Shown in pieces: positions 28,656-38,385 of a stretch of 55,022 nt of DNA. This stretch comes from a virus (Duplodnaviria > Caudoviricetes). Location: the IMG/VR virus record IMGVR_UViG_3300021335_000020, positions 1-55,022 of that record. One strand, given 5' to 3'. Under the pieces are notes generated by a model that worked only from the letters and a program-made list of their open reading frames with translations, was not told where the DNA came from and searched no databases. Positions within the stretch are counted from its first letter, which is position 1. Each line of letters begins with the position of its first letter. Position numbers and translations under genes: made by a program.

Positions 28656-28846
28656 TGTTTAGTCGTAAATGTAAAGAACATCTTAAGGACGTAAATGAAA
28701 GCGGACTACAGCATATGACTCATGCTATAAGCGTTGCCGGCACATTACAAGTTTTAGTTTTTATATTATTAATTCATGCTATCATGCCGTGCTTCTTTAC
28801 AGACACTGCAACTAAAGCTATGAAGAAAATTATAGAGAAACGCTAA
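28655..28846 (+). CDS. Small hydrophobic protein (DUF6356-like)
   Basis: 'EHLKDVNESGLQH...IHAIMPCFF' with a hydrophobic helix; TAATG coupling on both sides. Confidence 0.6.
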   Translation: MFSRKCKEHLKDVNESGLQHMTHAISVAGTLQVLVFILLIHAIMPCFFTDTATKAMKKIIEKR

Positions 28847-29637
28847 TGTTTGGAACGCATTTCTATCACGAAAAGATTAGAAAGAGTGTATCTATTTTTG
28901 GTGCGCTTTTTAATAACTTATATGTGATACGCAAAAATGCCAGTGGTGGCGTGATTAGCCAAGTTAAAGTACCTTTATCATATGCACCTAAATCTAAATT
29001 TTTAGAAAGATTAGCAGAAAATCCGGACTTAGATAATGATACTCAGGTCGCAGTTAAGCTACCACGCATGTCATTTGAAATGACATCATTAGTATATGAT
29101 CAAACAAGGCAATTAACTAAAGTTTCTAACTTTAATACGATAGGCTCTGCAGTAGAGAACAGACAAAAATTCTATTCTCCTGTTCCTTACACAATTAATT
29201 TTCAGCTAAATGTATATGCTAAAACACAAGATGATGCTTTACAAATTGTAGAACAAATTTTACCTACATTTAATCCACAGTACACAATAACAATTAAACC
29301 TTTTAATACTGAATATCCTACGTTTAAGGAAGATATTCCAGTTGTTATTCAAGGTGTAGGATTTACGGATGACTTTGAAGGATCTTTAGAACAAAGACGC
29401 ACTATTATTTACACATTAGATTTTGAAATGAAAGTGTCATTCTATGGGCCTATAAATACAAAGGATATTATTAGAACTGGTGTCGCAGATGTGTTTCTAC
29501 AGAATGAAAACTTAGATACTACTGATGCAAAATTAGAAAAGATTACAGTCACTCCTAATCCTCTTAATACAATTGGTCTGGCCGATAGTGATTTTGGATT
29601 TACAACAGCTATTGATTTAAGTTTTGATAGTGCATAA
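28846..29637 (+). CDS. gp15: Tail sheath stabiliser/terminator gp15
   Basis: 'FYHEKIRK...FG.LFN', 'VPLSYAPK', 'LPRMSFE', 'QIVEQILPTFNP'. Confidence 0.93.
   Translation: MFGTHFYHEKIRKSVSIFGALFNNLYVIRKNASGGVISQVKVPLSYAPKSKFLERLAENPDLDNDTQVAVKLPRMSFEMTSLVYDQTRQLTKVSNFNTIGSAVENRQKFYSPVPYTINFQLNVYAKTQDDALQIVEQILPTFNPQYTITIKPFNTEYPTFKEDIPVVIQGVGFTDDFEGSLEQRRTIIYTLDFEMKVSFYGPINTKDIIRTGVADVFLQNENLDTTDAKLEKITVTPNPLNTIGLADSDFGFTTAIDLSFDSA
29451..29458 (+). promoter_or_regulatory. Possible internal late promoter for nuclease-gp16-gp17
   Basis: TATAAATA inside gp15, about 190 nt upstream of the nuclease ATG. Confidence 0.45.
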
Positions 29638-29648
29638 AGGCAAATAAT

Positions 29649-30071
29649 ATGTATGAATATAGATGTAAAGTAGTCCACATTGTTGATGGTGATACAGTTG
29701 ATGTTGATATTGATTTAGGATTTGGTGTGTGGATGCATAAAGAAAGAATCCGTTTATTCGGTATTGATACTCCAGAATCACGTACACGTGATCTCGAAGA
29801 AAAAAAATATGGATTAGCTGCTAAAGAGTTTCTAACTGGTATGTTAGATGATGAAGGTGGTATTATTCTAAAGACACATAAAGATGCTGAAGGTAAATTC
29901 GGTAGAATACTTGGAGAGTTATGGCGTACAACAAATTATGCTGATAGGTCTATTAACCAATATATGATTGAAAAACATCATGCAGTTAACTACTATGGTC
30001 AATCAAAAGATGACATAGCTGAGCAACACTTGAAAAACCGTGAATTGGTACAGATTGATGGAAAAGAATGA
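29649..30071 (+). CDS. Staphylococcal nuclease (thermonuclease) family protein
   Basis: 'VDGDT', 'RIRLFGIDTPE', 'GKFGRILG' SNase motifs; no signal peptide. Confidence 0.9.
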   Translation: MYEYRCKVVHIVDGDTVDVDIDLGFGVWMHKERIRLFGIDTPESRTRDLEEKKYGLAAKEFLTGMLDDEGGIILKTHKDAEGKFGRILGELWRTTNYADRSINQYMIEKHHAVNYYGQSKDDIAEQHLKNRELVQIDGKE

Positions 30072-30411
30072 TAAAATTAAAAACGATTATGAGTATTCCC
30101 GTGATACTTATTATGAGTTAATTGAAAAAGGTCGCGAATCTTTAGAAGACATGATTGAAGTTGCTCGTGCTTCAGAACATCCTAGAGCATATGAAGTATT
30201 GTCAGGTATGATTAAAAATATATCTGATGTTAATGATAAGCTGATGGATCTAAATAAGAAAAATAAAGACATTACAACTGATAAAGAACCTACACAGATT
30301 GCAGGTTCAACTACAAATAATAATGTTTTTATCGGTTCTACAGCAGAGTTACAAAAAATGCTTAATGATGATGAAGACGATATAATCGATGTCACTCCTG
30401 AATCAAGCTGA
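30058..30411 (+). CDS. gp16: Terminase small subunit gp16
   Basis: 'DYEYSR', 'SEHPRAYEV', 'NNNVFIGSTAELQK'; ATG 30058 preferred over GTG 30040. Confidence 0.9.
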   Translation: MEKNDKIKNDYEYSRDTYYELIEKGRESLEDMIEVARASEHPRAYEVLSGMIKNISDVNDKLMDLNKKNKDITTDKEPTQIAGSTTNNNVFIGSTAELQKMLNDDEDDIIDVTPESS

Positions 30412-31993
30412 ATCTTATTTAGGAAATCCAAATGTTAAACGCGATGGTGTTCAACAAGGATGGACTAAAGAACTAATAAAAGAATACAGAAAGTGTAGTA
30501 GAGATCCTATACACTTTGCTGAAAAATATTGTAAAGTTATATCACTTGATTACGGTTTAGTTCCATTTAAACTATATCCTTATCAAAAGAAAATGTTTAG
30601 GTACTTTAATGAGCATAGGTTTAACATTGTATTGGCATGCCGACAATCAGGCAAATCGATATCAGCATGTGCGTATCTTCTCTGGTTTGCGCTCTTCCAT
30701 TCGGAAAAAACAGTTGCGGTTCTTGCTAACAAAGGGGCAACAGCTCGGGAAATGTTATCTCGTATCACGCTTATGCTTGAAAACATTCCGTTCTTTTTAC
30801 AACCGGGCTGTAAAGCGCTTAATAAAGGATCACTCGAGTTTAGCAATAATAGTAGGATCATTGCTGCTGCCACTAGCGGCAGTTCTATTCGTGGTCTTTC
30901 AGTAAATTTACTTTATCTTGACGAGTTTGCATTTGTGGAGAGAGCTAATGAATTCTATACCTCCACGTACCCTGTTGTATCTGCTGGTAAAGATACAAAA
31001 ATTATCGTTACCTCGACAGCGAATGGCATTGGCAATACTTTCTATAAGATATGGGAAGGAGCCAGTCAGGGAACTAATGAATTTTATCCATTCAGAGTCG
31101 ACTGGTGGGATGTGCCTGGACGAAATGACGAATGGAAAAAACAAACAATAGGTAATACCTCTCAATTACAATTTGATCAAGAGTTTGGAAATACATTTTT
31201 TGGTACAGGTGATACTCTCATTAATGCAGAAACATTAATGAGTTTTAGAGCCAAGCCCTATATAAAAGCTTTAGAGTCAGGAGATCTTTTAGTATATAAT
31301 GAAGTAGTAAAAGATCATGATTATATTATGACTGTTGACGTAAGCAAGGGAAGAGGTCAGGATTATTCTACTTTTAATTTGATCGATATTAGCGTTCGCC
31401 CATTTGCACAGGTTGCTGTATATCGCAATAACACTATCTCTCCTTTACTCTTCCCCAATATTATATATAAGTACGCGAAAGTCTACAACAATGCTTATGT
31501 AGTTATAGAATCGAATGATCAAGGGACCGTCGTATGTAATGGGCTATACCATGATTTAGAATATGAAAATTTACACCTAGAATCTACAGTAAAAGCGAAT
31601 AGAATAGGCATTGAAATTACTCGTAAAACTAAAAGACTTGGCTGTTCTTCAATAAAAGATATACTAGAAAATAATAAATTAGATATTGTTGATGAAGAAA
31701 CTATACTAGAAATTTCTACTTTTGTTGCTAAGGGGCAGTCATACGAAGCTTCAGACGGAAATCATGATGATCTAATGATGAACTTAGTAATGTTTGGTTA
31801 CTTCTCATCTACACAATACTTTGGTGATATGACAGATATTAATTTAAAAGATATGTTATTTAATCAAAGGCTAAAAGAAATCGAAGACGACGTTGTACCA
31901 TTTGGGTTTATTGATGATGCAAGCGATCATATACAGAATTTAGAAAAAGAAGATAATCCATGGGCAATTGAGTATACGAATGAAAACTTCTAA
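30389..31993 (+). CDS. gp17: Terminase large subunit gp17
   Basis: Walker A RQSGKS, Walker B LYLDEFAF, 'TSTANG', nuclease motif 'HDDLMM'. Confidence 0.96.
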   Translation: MSLLNQAESYLGNPNVKRDGVQQGWTKELIKEYRKCSRDPIHFAEKYCKVISLDYGLVPFKLYPYQKKMFRYFNEHRFNIVLACRQSGKSISACAYLLWFALFHSEKTVAVLANKGATAREMLSRITLMLENIPFFLQPGCKALNKGSLEFSNNSRIIAAATSGSSIRGLSVNLLYLDEFAFVERANEFYTSTYPVVSAGKDTKIIVTSTANGIGNTFYKIWEGASQGTNEFYPFRVDWWDVPGRNDEWKKQTIGNTSQLQFDQEFGNTFFGTGDTLINAETLMSFRAKPYIKALESGDLLVYNEVVKDHDYIMTVDVSKGRGQDYSTFNLIDISVRPFAQVAVYRNNTISPLLFPNIIYKYAKVYNNAYVVIESNDQGTVVCNGLYHDLEYENLHLESTVKANRIGIEITRKTKRLGCSSIKDILENNKLDIVDEETILEISTFVAKGQSYEASDGNHDDLMMNLVMFGYFSSTQYFGDMTDINLKDMLFNQRLKEIEDDVVPFGFIDDASDHIQNLEKEDNPWAIEYTNENF

Positions 31994-32004
31994 TTTCATA
32001 CTAT

Positions 32005-32012
32005 TATAAATA
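32005..32012 (+). promoter_or_regulatory. Late promoter for gp18
   Basis: Intergenic TATAAATA. Confidence 0.85.
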
Positions 32013-32074
32013 ATAGCATATGTGAACAACCGTATTATGATCGCTTATAATTAGTAACCGAAAAGGAAAAAAGT

Positions 32075-33811
32075 ATGGCACTCTTTACACCGTCCGAATC
32101 TCCTGCGGTTGTCGTCAAAGAAATAGATCTGACTGGTGGCGTGCCAAATGTCCAGTCAACTACCGGCGCCATCGTAGGCAATTTCCGTTGGGGTCCAGTA
32201 CAGCAAAGAACATCAATTGCGAATGAAGCGCAGTTGGTAGATACTTTTGCCTCACCAGACACTGTCAACACAATCGATTTCCATAGTGCAGCATATTTTC
32301 TGCGCTATTCTAGCTCAATGCAAGTGGTAAGAGAAGTTACTTCTGTTGCTAAGAATGCTGTCTCGACTACAGGTCAAACAGCTTCAGCTACTCCGCCTGC
32401 AGAGCTGGTTAAAAACGCTGATGATTTTGATGCACAACTTTCTGCATTAGATTCAGATGCTCACACTTTCGTAGCTAAATATCCAGGAATTTTAGGTAAT
32501 AGCTTAAAAATATCTATGTGTCCAGCAAACGACTCAGCGTTTGATGCTTGGACATATAAGTCATCATTCGACGCTGCGCCTGGTACTAGTGCATATGCAA
32601 CTGGTAAAAGTGCAACAGACGATGAAGTACACGTAGCAATTGTAGATGCTAATGGAGAAATAACTGGAACCGCAAACACAGTTCTAGAAACATTCCCATT
32701 CTTATCGCAGGCCTCTGATGCCAAAAATGCAGATGGTACAGTTAACTATGTAAAAGACGCAATTAACGAGCGTTCTTCATATGCATGGATGGTTAACTTT
32801 GATTCTGATTATGGTTTTGGCGGTACAGCTGCTACTAGTGGGAAAGACTTCAATGCATTAACAGCCGCTACAGATTATACCTTTACACAAGGTGTTAACT
32901 CTGCTGCATTAACAACTGCTGAATATGCCACTGGTCATGATCTTTTTGAAGATAAAGACATTGTAGAAGTCGACTTCTTAATTGCACCTGGTATGGGAAC
33001 GACAACTGATCAAACCACAATTGTTAATGACTTGATTAGTACAGCACAATCAACTCGTAAAGATTGTGTAGTTGTTACTTCGCCTGCGCGGGATGATGTA
33101 ATAAATCTTACAAACCCAACATCAATTACAACTAATGTTGTTTCTACTGCTAATACATTTACCAATTCATCTTATTTAATTATGGATGGTAATTATCTTA
33201 AGGTTTATGATAAATATAACGATCAGTATATTCATATTCCTGCTGCATCTTCTACTGCAGGCTTGATGGCTGCAACTGACATTAATAGAGCACCATGGTT
33301 TTCACCTGCAGGTTCTAGACGCGGTCAGTATTTAGGAATTACAGCAATTAGTTGGACTCCAACAAAAGCTCAAAGAGATACTCTTTATAAGGCTAGTGTT
33401 AATCCAATTGCTAATATTCCTGGTCAAGGTGTTATCCTCTTTGGAGACAAGACCAAGTTAAATAGACCATCTGCTTTTGATCGTATTAACGTTCGTAGAT
33501 TGTTCCTCGTACTTGAAAGAGCAATTGGTAGAGCAGCTGAGCAAGTCCTGTTTGAATTCAATGATGAGTTCACAAGAGCAGAATTTGTAAACATCATTGA
33601 GCCTGTATTGAGAGAGATCAAAGGTAGACGTGGTATCACAGACTTTAAGGTTGTTGCTGATGAAACAAACAACACAGCCGAAGTCATTGATCGTAATGAG
33701 TTTATCGCAAGCATCTTCATCAAGCCTGCTCGTTCCATCAACTATGTCACTCTTAACTTTGTGGCAGTTAGAACTGGCGTCGACTTTGAAGAAGTCGTTG
33801 GCACAGTTTAA
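32075..33811 (+). CDS. gp18: Contractile tail sheath protein gp18
   Basis: 'SPAVVVKEIDLT', 'PWFSPAG', 'FDRINVRRLF', 'IKPARSINY'. Confidence 0.97.
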   Translation: MALFTPSESPAVVVKEIDLTGGVPNVQSTTGAIVGNFRWGPVQQRTSIANEAQLVDTFASPDTVNTIDFHSAAYFLRYSSSMQVVREVTSVAKNAVSTTGQTASATPPAELVKNADDFDAQLSALDSDAHTFVAKYPGILGNSLKISMCPANDSAFDAWTYKSSFDAAPGTSAYATGKSATDDEVHVAIVDANGEITGTANTVLETFPFLSQASDAKNADGTVNYVKDAINERSSYAWMVNFDSDYGFGGTAATSGKDFNALTAATDYTFTQGVNSAALTTAEYATGHDLFEDKDIVEVDFLIAPGMGTTTDQTTIVNDLISTAQSTRKDCVVVTSPARDDVINLTNPTSITTNVVSTANTFTNSSYLIMDGNYLKVYDKYNDQYIHIPAASSTAGLMAATDINRAPWFSPAGSRRGQYLGITAISWTPTKAQRDTLYKASVNPIANIPGQGVILFGDKTKLNRPSAFDRINVRRLFLVLERAIGRAAEQVLFEFNDEFTRAEFVNIIEPVLREIKGRRGITDFKVVADETNNTAEVIDRNEFIASIFIKPARSINYVTLNFVAVRTGVDFEEVVGTV

Positions 33812-33825
33812 CATAGGAGAAAACA

Positions 33826-34362
33826 ATGGCAGTATTAGGAGTTGATGACTTCAAATCAAAGCTGAGAGGCGGTGGTGCTAGACCTAATCTATTCAAAGCC
33901 ACTATTAACTTCCCAGCTTATGCAGGTGGAGATCCTGAATTAACATCTTTCTTGTGTGAAGCAGCACAGCTTCCTGGCTCTACAATGGGTACAATTGTTG
34001 TACCTTTCCGTGGACGTCAGCTGAAAATGGCTGGTGATCGTACATTCGCAGAATGGACAGTCACTATCATTAATGACACAGACTTTGCAGTACGTAATTC
34101 AATGGAAAGATGGATGAATGGAATGAATGCACATTCGGCTAACACCGGATTAGCTTCTCCAATTGCATATGAAGCAGATCTAAAAATTGAACAGCTTGAC
34201 AGAGCCGGAGAATCAGTAAAGCAATACACCTTTAGAGGTGCATTCCCTACAGACCTTTCACCTATTGAGGTCAATTACGGATCTACGGATGAAATCGAAA
34301 GATTCACTACAACGTTCCAGTATCAGTACTTTGATTCTGAGAATCCGCTTACTACAAGCTAA
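33826..34362 (+). CDS. gp19: Tail tube protein gp19
   Basis: 'GGARPNLF', 'FRGR.LKMAGDRTF..W..T'. Confidence 0.96.
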   Translation: MAVLGVDDFKSKLRGGGARPNLFKATINFPAYAGGDPELTSFLCEAAQLPGSTMGTIVVPFRGRQLKMAGDRTFAEWTVTIINDTDFAVRNSMERWMNGMNAHSANTGLASPIAYEADLKIEQLDRAGESVKQYTFRGAFPTDLSPIEVNYGSTDEIERFTTTFQYQYFDSENPLTTS

Positions 34363-34399
34363 GATAAATAATAAGTGGAGGCGGGTTATCTGCCTCCAC
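34363..34399 (+). promoter_or_regulatory. Late-promoter variant (GATAAATA) plus a 10-bp stem-loop before gp20
   Basis: GATAAATA 34363-34370; GTGGAGGCGG-GTTAT-CTGCCTCCAC 34375-34399 (one G-U pair). Confidence 0.6.
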
Positions 34400-34416
34400 T
34401 AAATTTGGAGATAAGT

Positions 34417-35916
34417 ATGGCTGAAAATGATAGAAGTGTAAAGCTCTTTGGTTTCGAAATCAAAAGAGCTGAGCAAGAAGATCCGAAGAAAAAACCTTCT
34501 ATTGTTCCTGCACGTGATGATGATGGTGCTGGTTACGTAACTGCATCTGGTTCACATTATGGACAATATATTAATTTAGACGGTGATGACTCTAAAGATA
34601 ATTATCAATTAATTATGAAGTATCGTGGTGTTTCTCACCACCCTGAAGTAGATATGGCAATTGAAGATATTGTAAATGAGTCTATTGTTGGAAGTGAGAC
34701 AAAAAAATCTATTGAAATTAATTTAGATAATGTTGAAGTTCCCGATAATGTAAAGAAAACGATTACAGAAGAATTTGATAATGTCTATGGTATGCTTAAT
34801 TTTAATGAGTTAGGTCATGATATTTTTAGAAGATGGTATGTTGATGGTAGAATTTATCATCATCTCGTAGTTAATGAGTCGCAATTAAAAGCTGGAATCT
34901 TGGAAATTAGACCAATCGATTCTGCTAAGATGCGCAAAGTAAAACAAGTAAAAAAGAAAAAAGATCCGGTTACTGGTGTTAATTTAATTGAAAAAATTGA
35001 CGAATATTATATTTACCAAGAAAAACCTGGACAACAAAACTCAGGTGTTAAACTGACAGCTGATTCTGTACAGTACACAACATCAGGTTTACTTGATGAA
35101 ACACGTAAAAAAATTCTATCATATTTACATAAAGCGCTAAAGCCATTAAATCAATTAAGAATGATGGAAGACAGCCTCGTTATCTATCGTTTGGCCCGAG
35201 CTCCTGAAAGAAGAATCTTTTATATTGATGTAGGTAACTTACCTAAAGGTAAATCTGAAGAGTACATGAAACAAATCATGGCTCGTTATAGAAACAAACT
35301 TGTATATGATGCTCAGACTGGTGAGATTAGAGATGATCGTAAACATATGTCGTTACTCGAAGATTTTTGGCTTCCACGTAGAGAAGGTGGTAGAGGTACT
35401 GAAATTTCTACATTACCTGGTGGTGAGAACCTTGGCCAGATTGATGACATTGTATACTTCCAGAAGAGATTATATCGGTCTCTTAATGTACCTCTTAATA
35501 GATTGGAACAAGAGCAACAGTTTAGTCTTGGTAGATCTACCGAGGTTTCAAGAGATGAATTAAAGTTTCAGAAGTTTATTGATAGACTTCGTAAAAGATT
35601 TTCTCATGTATTTTTAGATATTCTACAAAAACAATTAATTCTTAAAGGTGTTATTACTGAAGAAGATTGGAATCAATGGAAAAGTGATATTGTATTAGAT
35701 TATGCAAGAGATAATCACTTTACAGAATTAAAAGATGCAGAGCTATTAAGAGAAAAGGTTCAAACATTAGATCAAATTAGTAATTATGTTGGTGAATACT
35801 TCTCAAAAGAGTGGATTCAAAAGCATGTACTTCATTTTTCTGATGAAGATATTGAAGAAATTGATAAACAAATAGCTAAAGAACCTCAACCAGATATAGA
35901 CACTGATCAAAATTGA
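34417..35916 (+). CDS. gp20: Portal protein gp20
   Basis: 'RRWYVDGR', 'IYRLARAPERRIFYIDVGNLP', 'EDFWLPRREGGRGTEI'; ATG 34417 follows GGAG. Confidence 0.97.
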   Translation: MAENDRSVKLFGFEIKRAEQEDPKKKPSIVPARDDDGAGYVTASGSHYGQYINLDGDDSKDNYQLIMKYRGVSHHPEVDMAIEDIVNESIVGSETKKSIEINLDNVEVPDNVKKTITEEFDNVYGMLNFNELGHDIFRRWYVDGRIYHHLVVNESQLKAGILEIRPIDSAKMRKVKQVKKKKDPVTGVNLIEKIDEYYIYQEKPGQQNSGVKLTADSVQYTTSGLLDETRKKILSYLHKALKPLNQLRMMEDSLVIYRLARAPERRIFYIDVGNLPKGKSEEYMKQIMARYRNKLVYDAQTGEIRDDRKHMSLLEDFWLPRREGGRGTEISTLPGGENLGQIDDIVYFQKRLYRSLNVPLNRLEQEQQFSLGRSTEVSRDELKFQKFIDRLRKRFSHVFLDILQKQLILKGVITEEDWNQWKSDIVLDYARDNHFTELKDAELLREKVQTLDQISNYVGEYFSKEWIQKHVLHFSDEDIEEIDKQIAKEPQPDIDTDQN

Positions 35917-35924
35917 TATAAATA
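35917..35924 (+). promoter_or_regulatory. Late promoter for the accessory island
   Basis: TATAAATA immediately after the gp20 stop. Confidence 0.85.
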
Positions 35925-35948
35925 ACATTAAATTAAAGGAATTTTTTA

Positions 35949-36410
35949 ATGAGCAGATCTAGAAACTTAGCAAAAAACCTAGGTAAAATGTTAGCCGGAG
36001 GCAAGCTATCAGCTTCTGGTACGGTTGATGCTGACGAGTTGCAGGGTCAAAACAGTGCTTATCATTTAAATCATAATAATCATACTAACGTACCTTCTGA
36101 TCATGTGCAGTTCAATCAAACTGGCGACTTAGCTGTTACAACTGGTACAGCAAGATGGTATGCACCAAGGGCTTTGACAATTTCTAGAATTAATGGTAAA
36201 CTTGCTACTGCATCTAATGGAACAGTAGGAGTAGCTCTTGCTAAGAACGGCACACAAATAAATACATTTAATATTAGTGCTAGTAGTACTAATAACAATC
36301 AAACGGGATTAAGCCTTTCAATAGCTGAAGGCGATTATTTGACAATTAATATCACAGCCGTGGGAAGTACTCCTGGTAGTGATCTAAGTGTAAAAGTATA
36401 TTACAGTTAA
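35949..36410 (+). CDS. Small fibre-like protein (153 aa)
   Basis: Contains DADELQGQNSAYHL, matching the DADTLGGQNSAYHL repeat of the 2616-aa fibre; beta-sandwich-like C-terminus. Confidence 0.65.
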   Translation: MSRSRNLAKNLGKMLAGGKLSASGTVDADELQGQNSAYHLNHNNHTNVPSDHVQFNQTGDLAVTTGTARWYAPRALTISRINGKLATASNGTVGVALAKNGTQINTFNISASSTNNNQTGLSLSIAEGDYLTINITAVGSTPGSDLSVKVYYS

Positions 36411-36423
36411 CAGGAGAAGACTG

Positions 36424-36696
36424 ATGGCGCTTACAGATGCGGCTAGAATTGAAGAATTAGGTAGCTTGTTGGGCATGCCTTTACAGTACGACTCTGATGA
36501 GTCATTAACTACTACTGAAGTTTGGGTTTATAGTACAGAATCTAAAGTAGACAGTGAAATAAATGCTCGAAGCTTATGCGCTGATCCAGAGAATGATGCT
36601 CGTATGAACATGATCGACGGCAATTGGCATGCAGGTTTTATGTCAAACCCCAACTTAATCGATTCCGCAGACGTGTGGTCGGAAATTACGGAGTAA
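36424..36696 (+). CDS. Hypothetical acidic protein (90 aa)
   Basis: AGGAG ribosome-binding site, operon fit, three DS dipeptides. Confidence 0.65.
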   Translation: MALTDAARIEELGSLLGMPLQYDSDESLTTTEVWVYSTESKVDSEINARSLCADPENDARMNMIDGNWHAGFMSNPNLIDSADVWSEITE

Positions 36697-36699
36697 AAA

Positions 36700-38031
36700 A
36701 TGGCATATTTCAGATTTAAGGTTAATAACAGTAACACATCAGCATCTGGCTCGCAAATAAAAGAGGCGATGTACATCATCTACAATTGCATGCTTGGTAA
36801 CCACACTTCAGCGAGTACATTTGGTACATTAAGTAATGAAGGAAGTGCAAATGAGTGGTTTAATTCCGGAGACAGTATTGTAGTAAATGATTCGGCTCAC
36901 AGACAGACTAAGCATACTGGAGCATTATTCGACACCAGTACATCTACTACATCTGCTACAGGCGTATATCATGTTGCTAGCGCTCCATATGGCACATCTT
37001 CATATGCGTATTTTGATTTCTATAAAAGACATTATATGAATTACAGGATTACTGGAACTCCTTCTACATACAGTAATTTTGAATCGTATGTAAAGTTTAG
37101 AATCGGGTGGAGTTCTAACACCGGTTGGTGGATAGGTATGCAAGACCGTAATGCTGGTAATACGCTGCCAACTACTAGTAATTTTGGTACCAGCGGTTAT
37201 ATCGGACAACCTTCATCAAGTTTAGAAGTTGGAGACCAAGCTTGGGACAAAACTGATACTCTAGATCTGTGGCTGGGTGAGACTCACTTTGGTTGGGCAA
37301 CATACCACTATACTGGTGGTGCACCATCATCTAGTAACATAAACGCTGGATCCAATCATTTTATGTGCTGGAGTGATTTTCCATACATTGATTCTATTGA
37401 TGGTTGGCATCAAGATCAAAATACTATTTATTATCCTGGTGTTATGTTAAATGTGGGTATGTCACAGCATGATGTTAGAGTCCGTGATGTCGCCCCTGGT
37501 ACCAGTGACTATTCTGAATTTCAACTTCTGAGATATGGTAAGGTTAACGGCATCGGTGGCTATTGGAATTCCCCAGCTTCGCAGTCGCATACTAATTATG
37601 TTAATCATAGTTCCGGCGGTACTAGCCATGCTCACTTTGGCAGAATATGGCCAAGTCCATTAAGTTCTATTACTGGAAGTCCAACAGTTGATGGAAGCGG
37701 GCCTATTTTAGTTCCTGTACAATATCAAGGTACTCCTTCATATGGATATGGAACGGCTAGTACTACTACAGTAACTAGTGCTGGTGGTGGCTTGGCTAGT
37801 GCACAAAACTTTGGAGATACTCGTTGGGGTCCAATGCTTAATTTATATCAGCTGCCAGATGAATTTGGCGACGGGCCTGGTGATAGACTTAAAGTGGGAA
37901 GTGACTACTATAGAACAGCTTGGACACATAAAAAGGGTGGTAATTCTACTACCTTCCAAAATACATCAAATAGAACAACGAATGTATATGGCATGCCTGA
38001 AAAATCAGTAGTAGGACCGGATGCTCTGTAA
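36700..38031 (+). CDS. Putative virion/receptor-binding protein (443 aa)
   Basis: G/S/T/Y/W/H-rich, beta-type composition; GGAG ribosome-binding site; late operon. Confidence 0.55.
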   Translation: MAYFRFKVNNSNTSASGSQIKEAMYIIYNCMLGNHTSASTFGTLSNEGSANEWFNSGDSIVVNDSAHRQTKHTGALFDTSTSTTSATGVYHVASAPYGTSSYAYFDFYKRHYMNYRITGTPSTYSNFESYVKFRIGWSSNTGWWIGMQDRNAGNTLPTTSNFGTSGYIGQPSSSLEVGDQAWDKTDTLDLWLGETHFGWATYHYTGGAPSSSNINAGSNHFMCWSDFPYIDSIDGWHQDQNTIYYPGVMLNVGMSQHDVRVRDVAPGTSDYSEFQLLRYGKVNGIGGYWNSPASQSHTNYVNHSSGGTSHAHFGRIWPSPLSSITGSPTVDGSGPILVPVQYQGTPSYGYGTASTTTVTSAGGGLASAQNFGDTRWGPMLNLYQLPDEFGDGPGDRLKVGSDYYRTAWTHKKGGNSTTFQNTSNRTTNVYGMPEKSVVGPDAL

Positions 38032-38375
38032 TGGCTGATTCTAGTACACCATTAGATTCTGAAGGCCATTTGTTCATCACTGCCAATATGGGCGCTGGGG
38101 ATACTGGCTATGGTGCTATGTATCATCCTTTTGAGAAGGGACTTCTTTCACGAGGTGCATTGATTGATAGTCAAAATACAAGTGCCTTTGGGCCTATAAT
38201 CGGCGGCGAGTTTCTAATGCGCGACATTGCTGATTCTGGTACTTCTACGTTTTTAGGAGCCGGAGCTAACTCTTATGGTCAGCAGCTTATTATGGATTTA
38301 GATAGTGATGCATCAAATGCTTCTGGTGGTGAAGGTGGCGGTGGTAGTGGTATTACCCAATATTGGATAGGATAG
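38031..38375 (+). CDS. Hypothetical G/S/D-rich protein (114 aa)
   Basis: TAATG coupling; five DS dipeptides; Gly-rich linker before the C-terminal QYWIG. Confidence 0.6.
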   Translation: MADSSTPLDSEGHLFITANMGAGDTGYGAMYHPFEKGLLSRGALIDSQNTSAFGPIIGGEFLMRDIADSGTSTFLGAGANSYGQQLIMDLDSDASNASGGEGGGGSGITQYWIG

Positions 38376-38385
38376 GAATTAAGAT

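Noticed and set aside
32034-32051. Weak AU-rich hairpin (ATTATGA-TCGC-TTATAAT) in the gp18 leader
   Set aside because: Too weak to call without covariation evidence.
34375-34416. Upstream GTG start for gp20, and similar extended starts at 30040, 39581, 50187 and 12178
   Set aside because: Downstream ATGs fit better (Shine-Dalgarno spacing in most cases, otherwise ATG over GTG/TTG); the gp20 extension lies within a hairpin.
30389-35916. Possible introns, inteins or homing endonucleases in gp17, gp18 or gp20
   Set aside because: The ORFs are uninterrupted and of normal or compact length; no LAGLIDADG, HNH, GIY-YIG or intein motifs seen.
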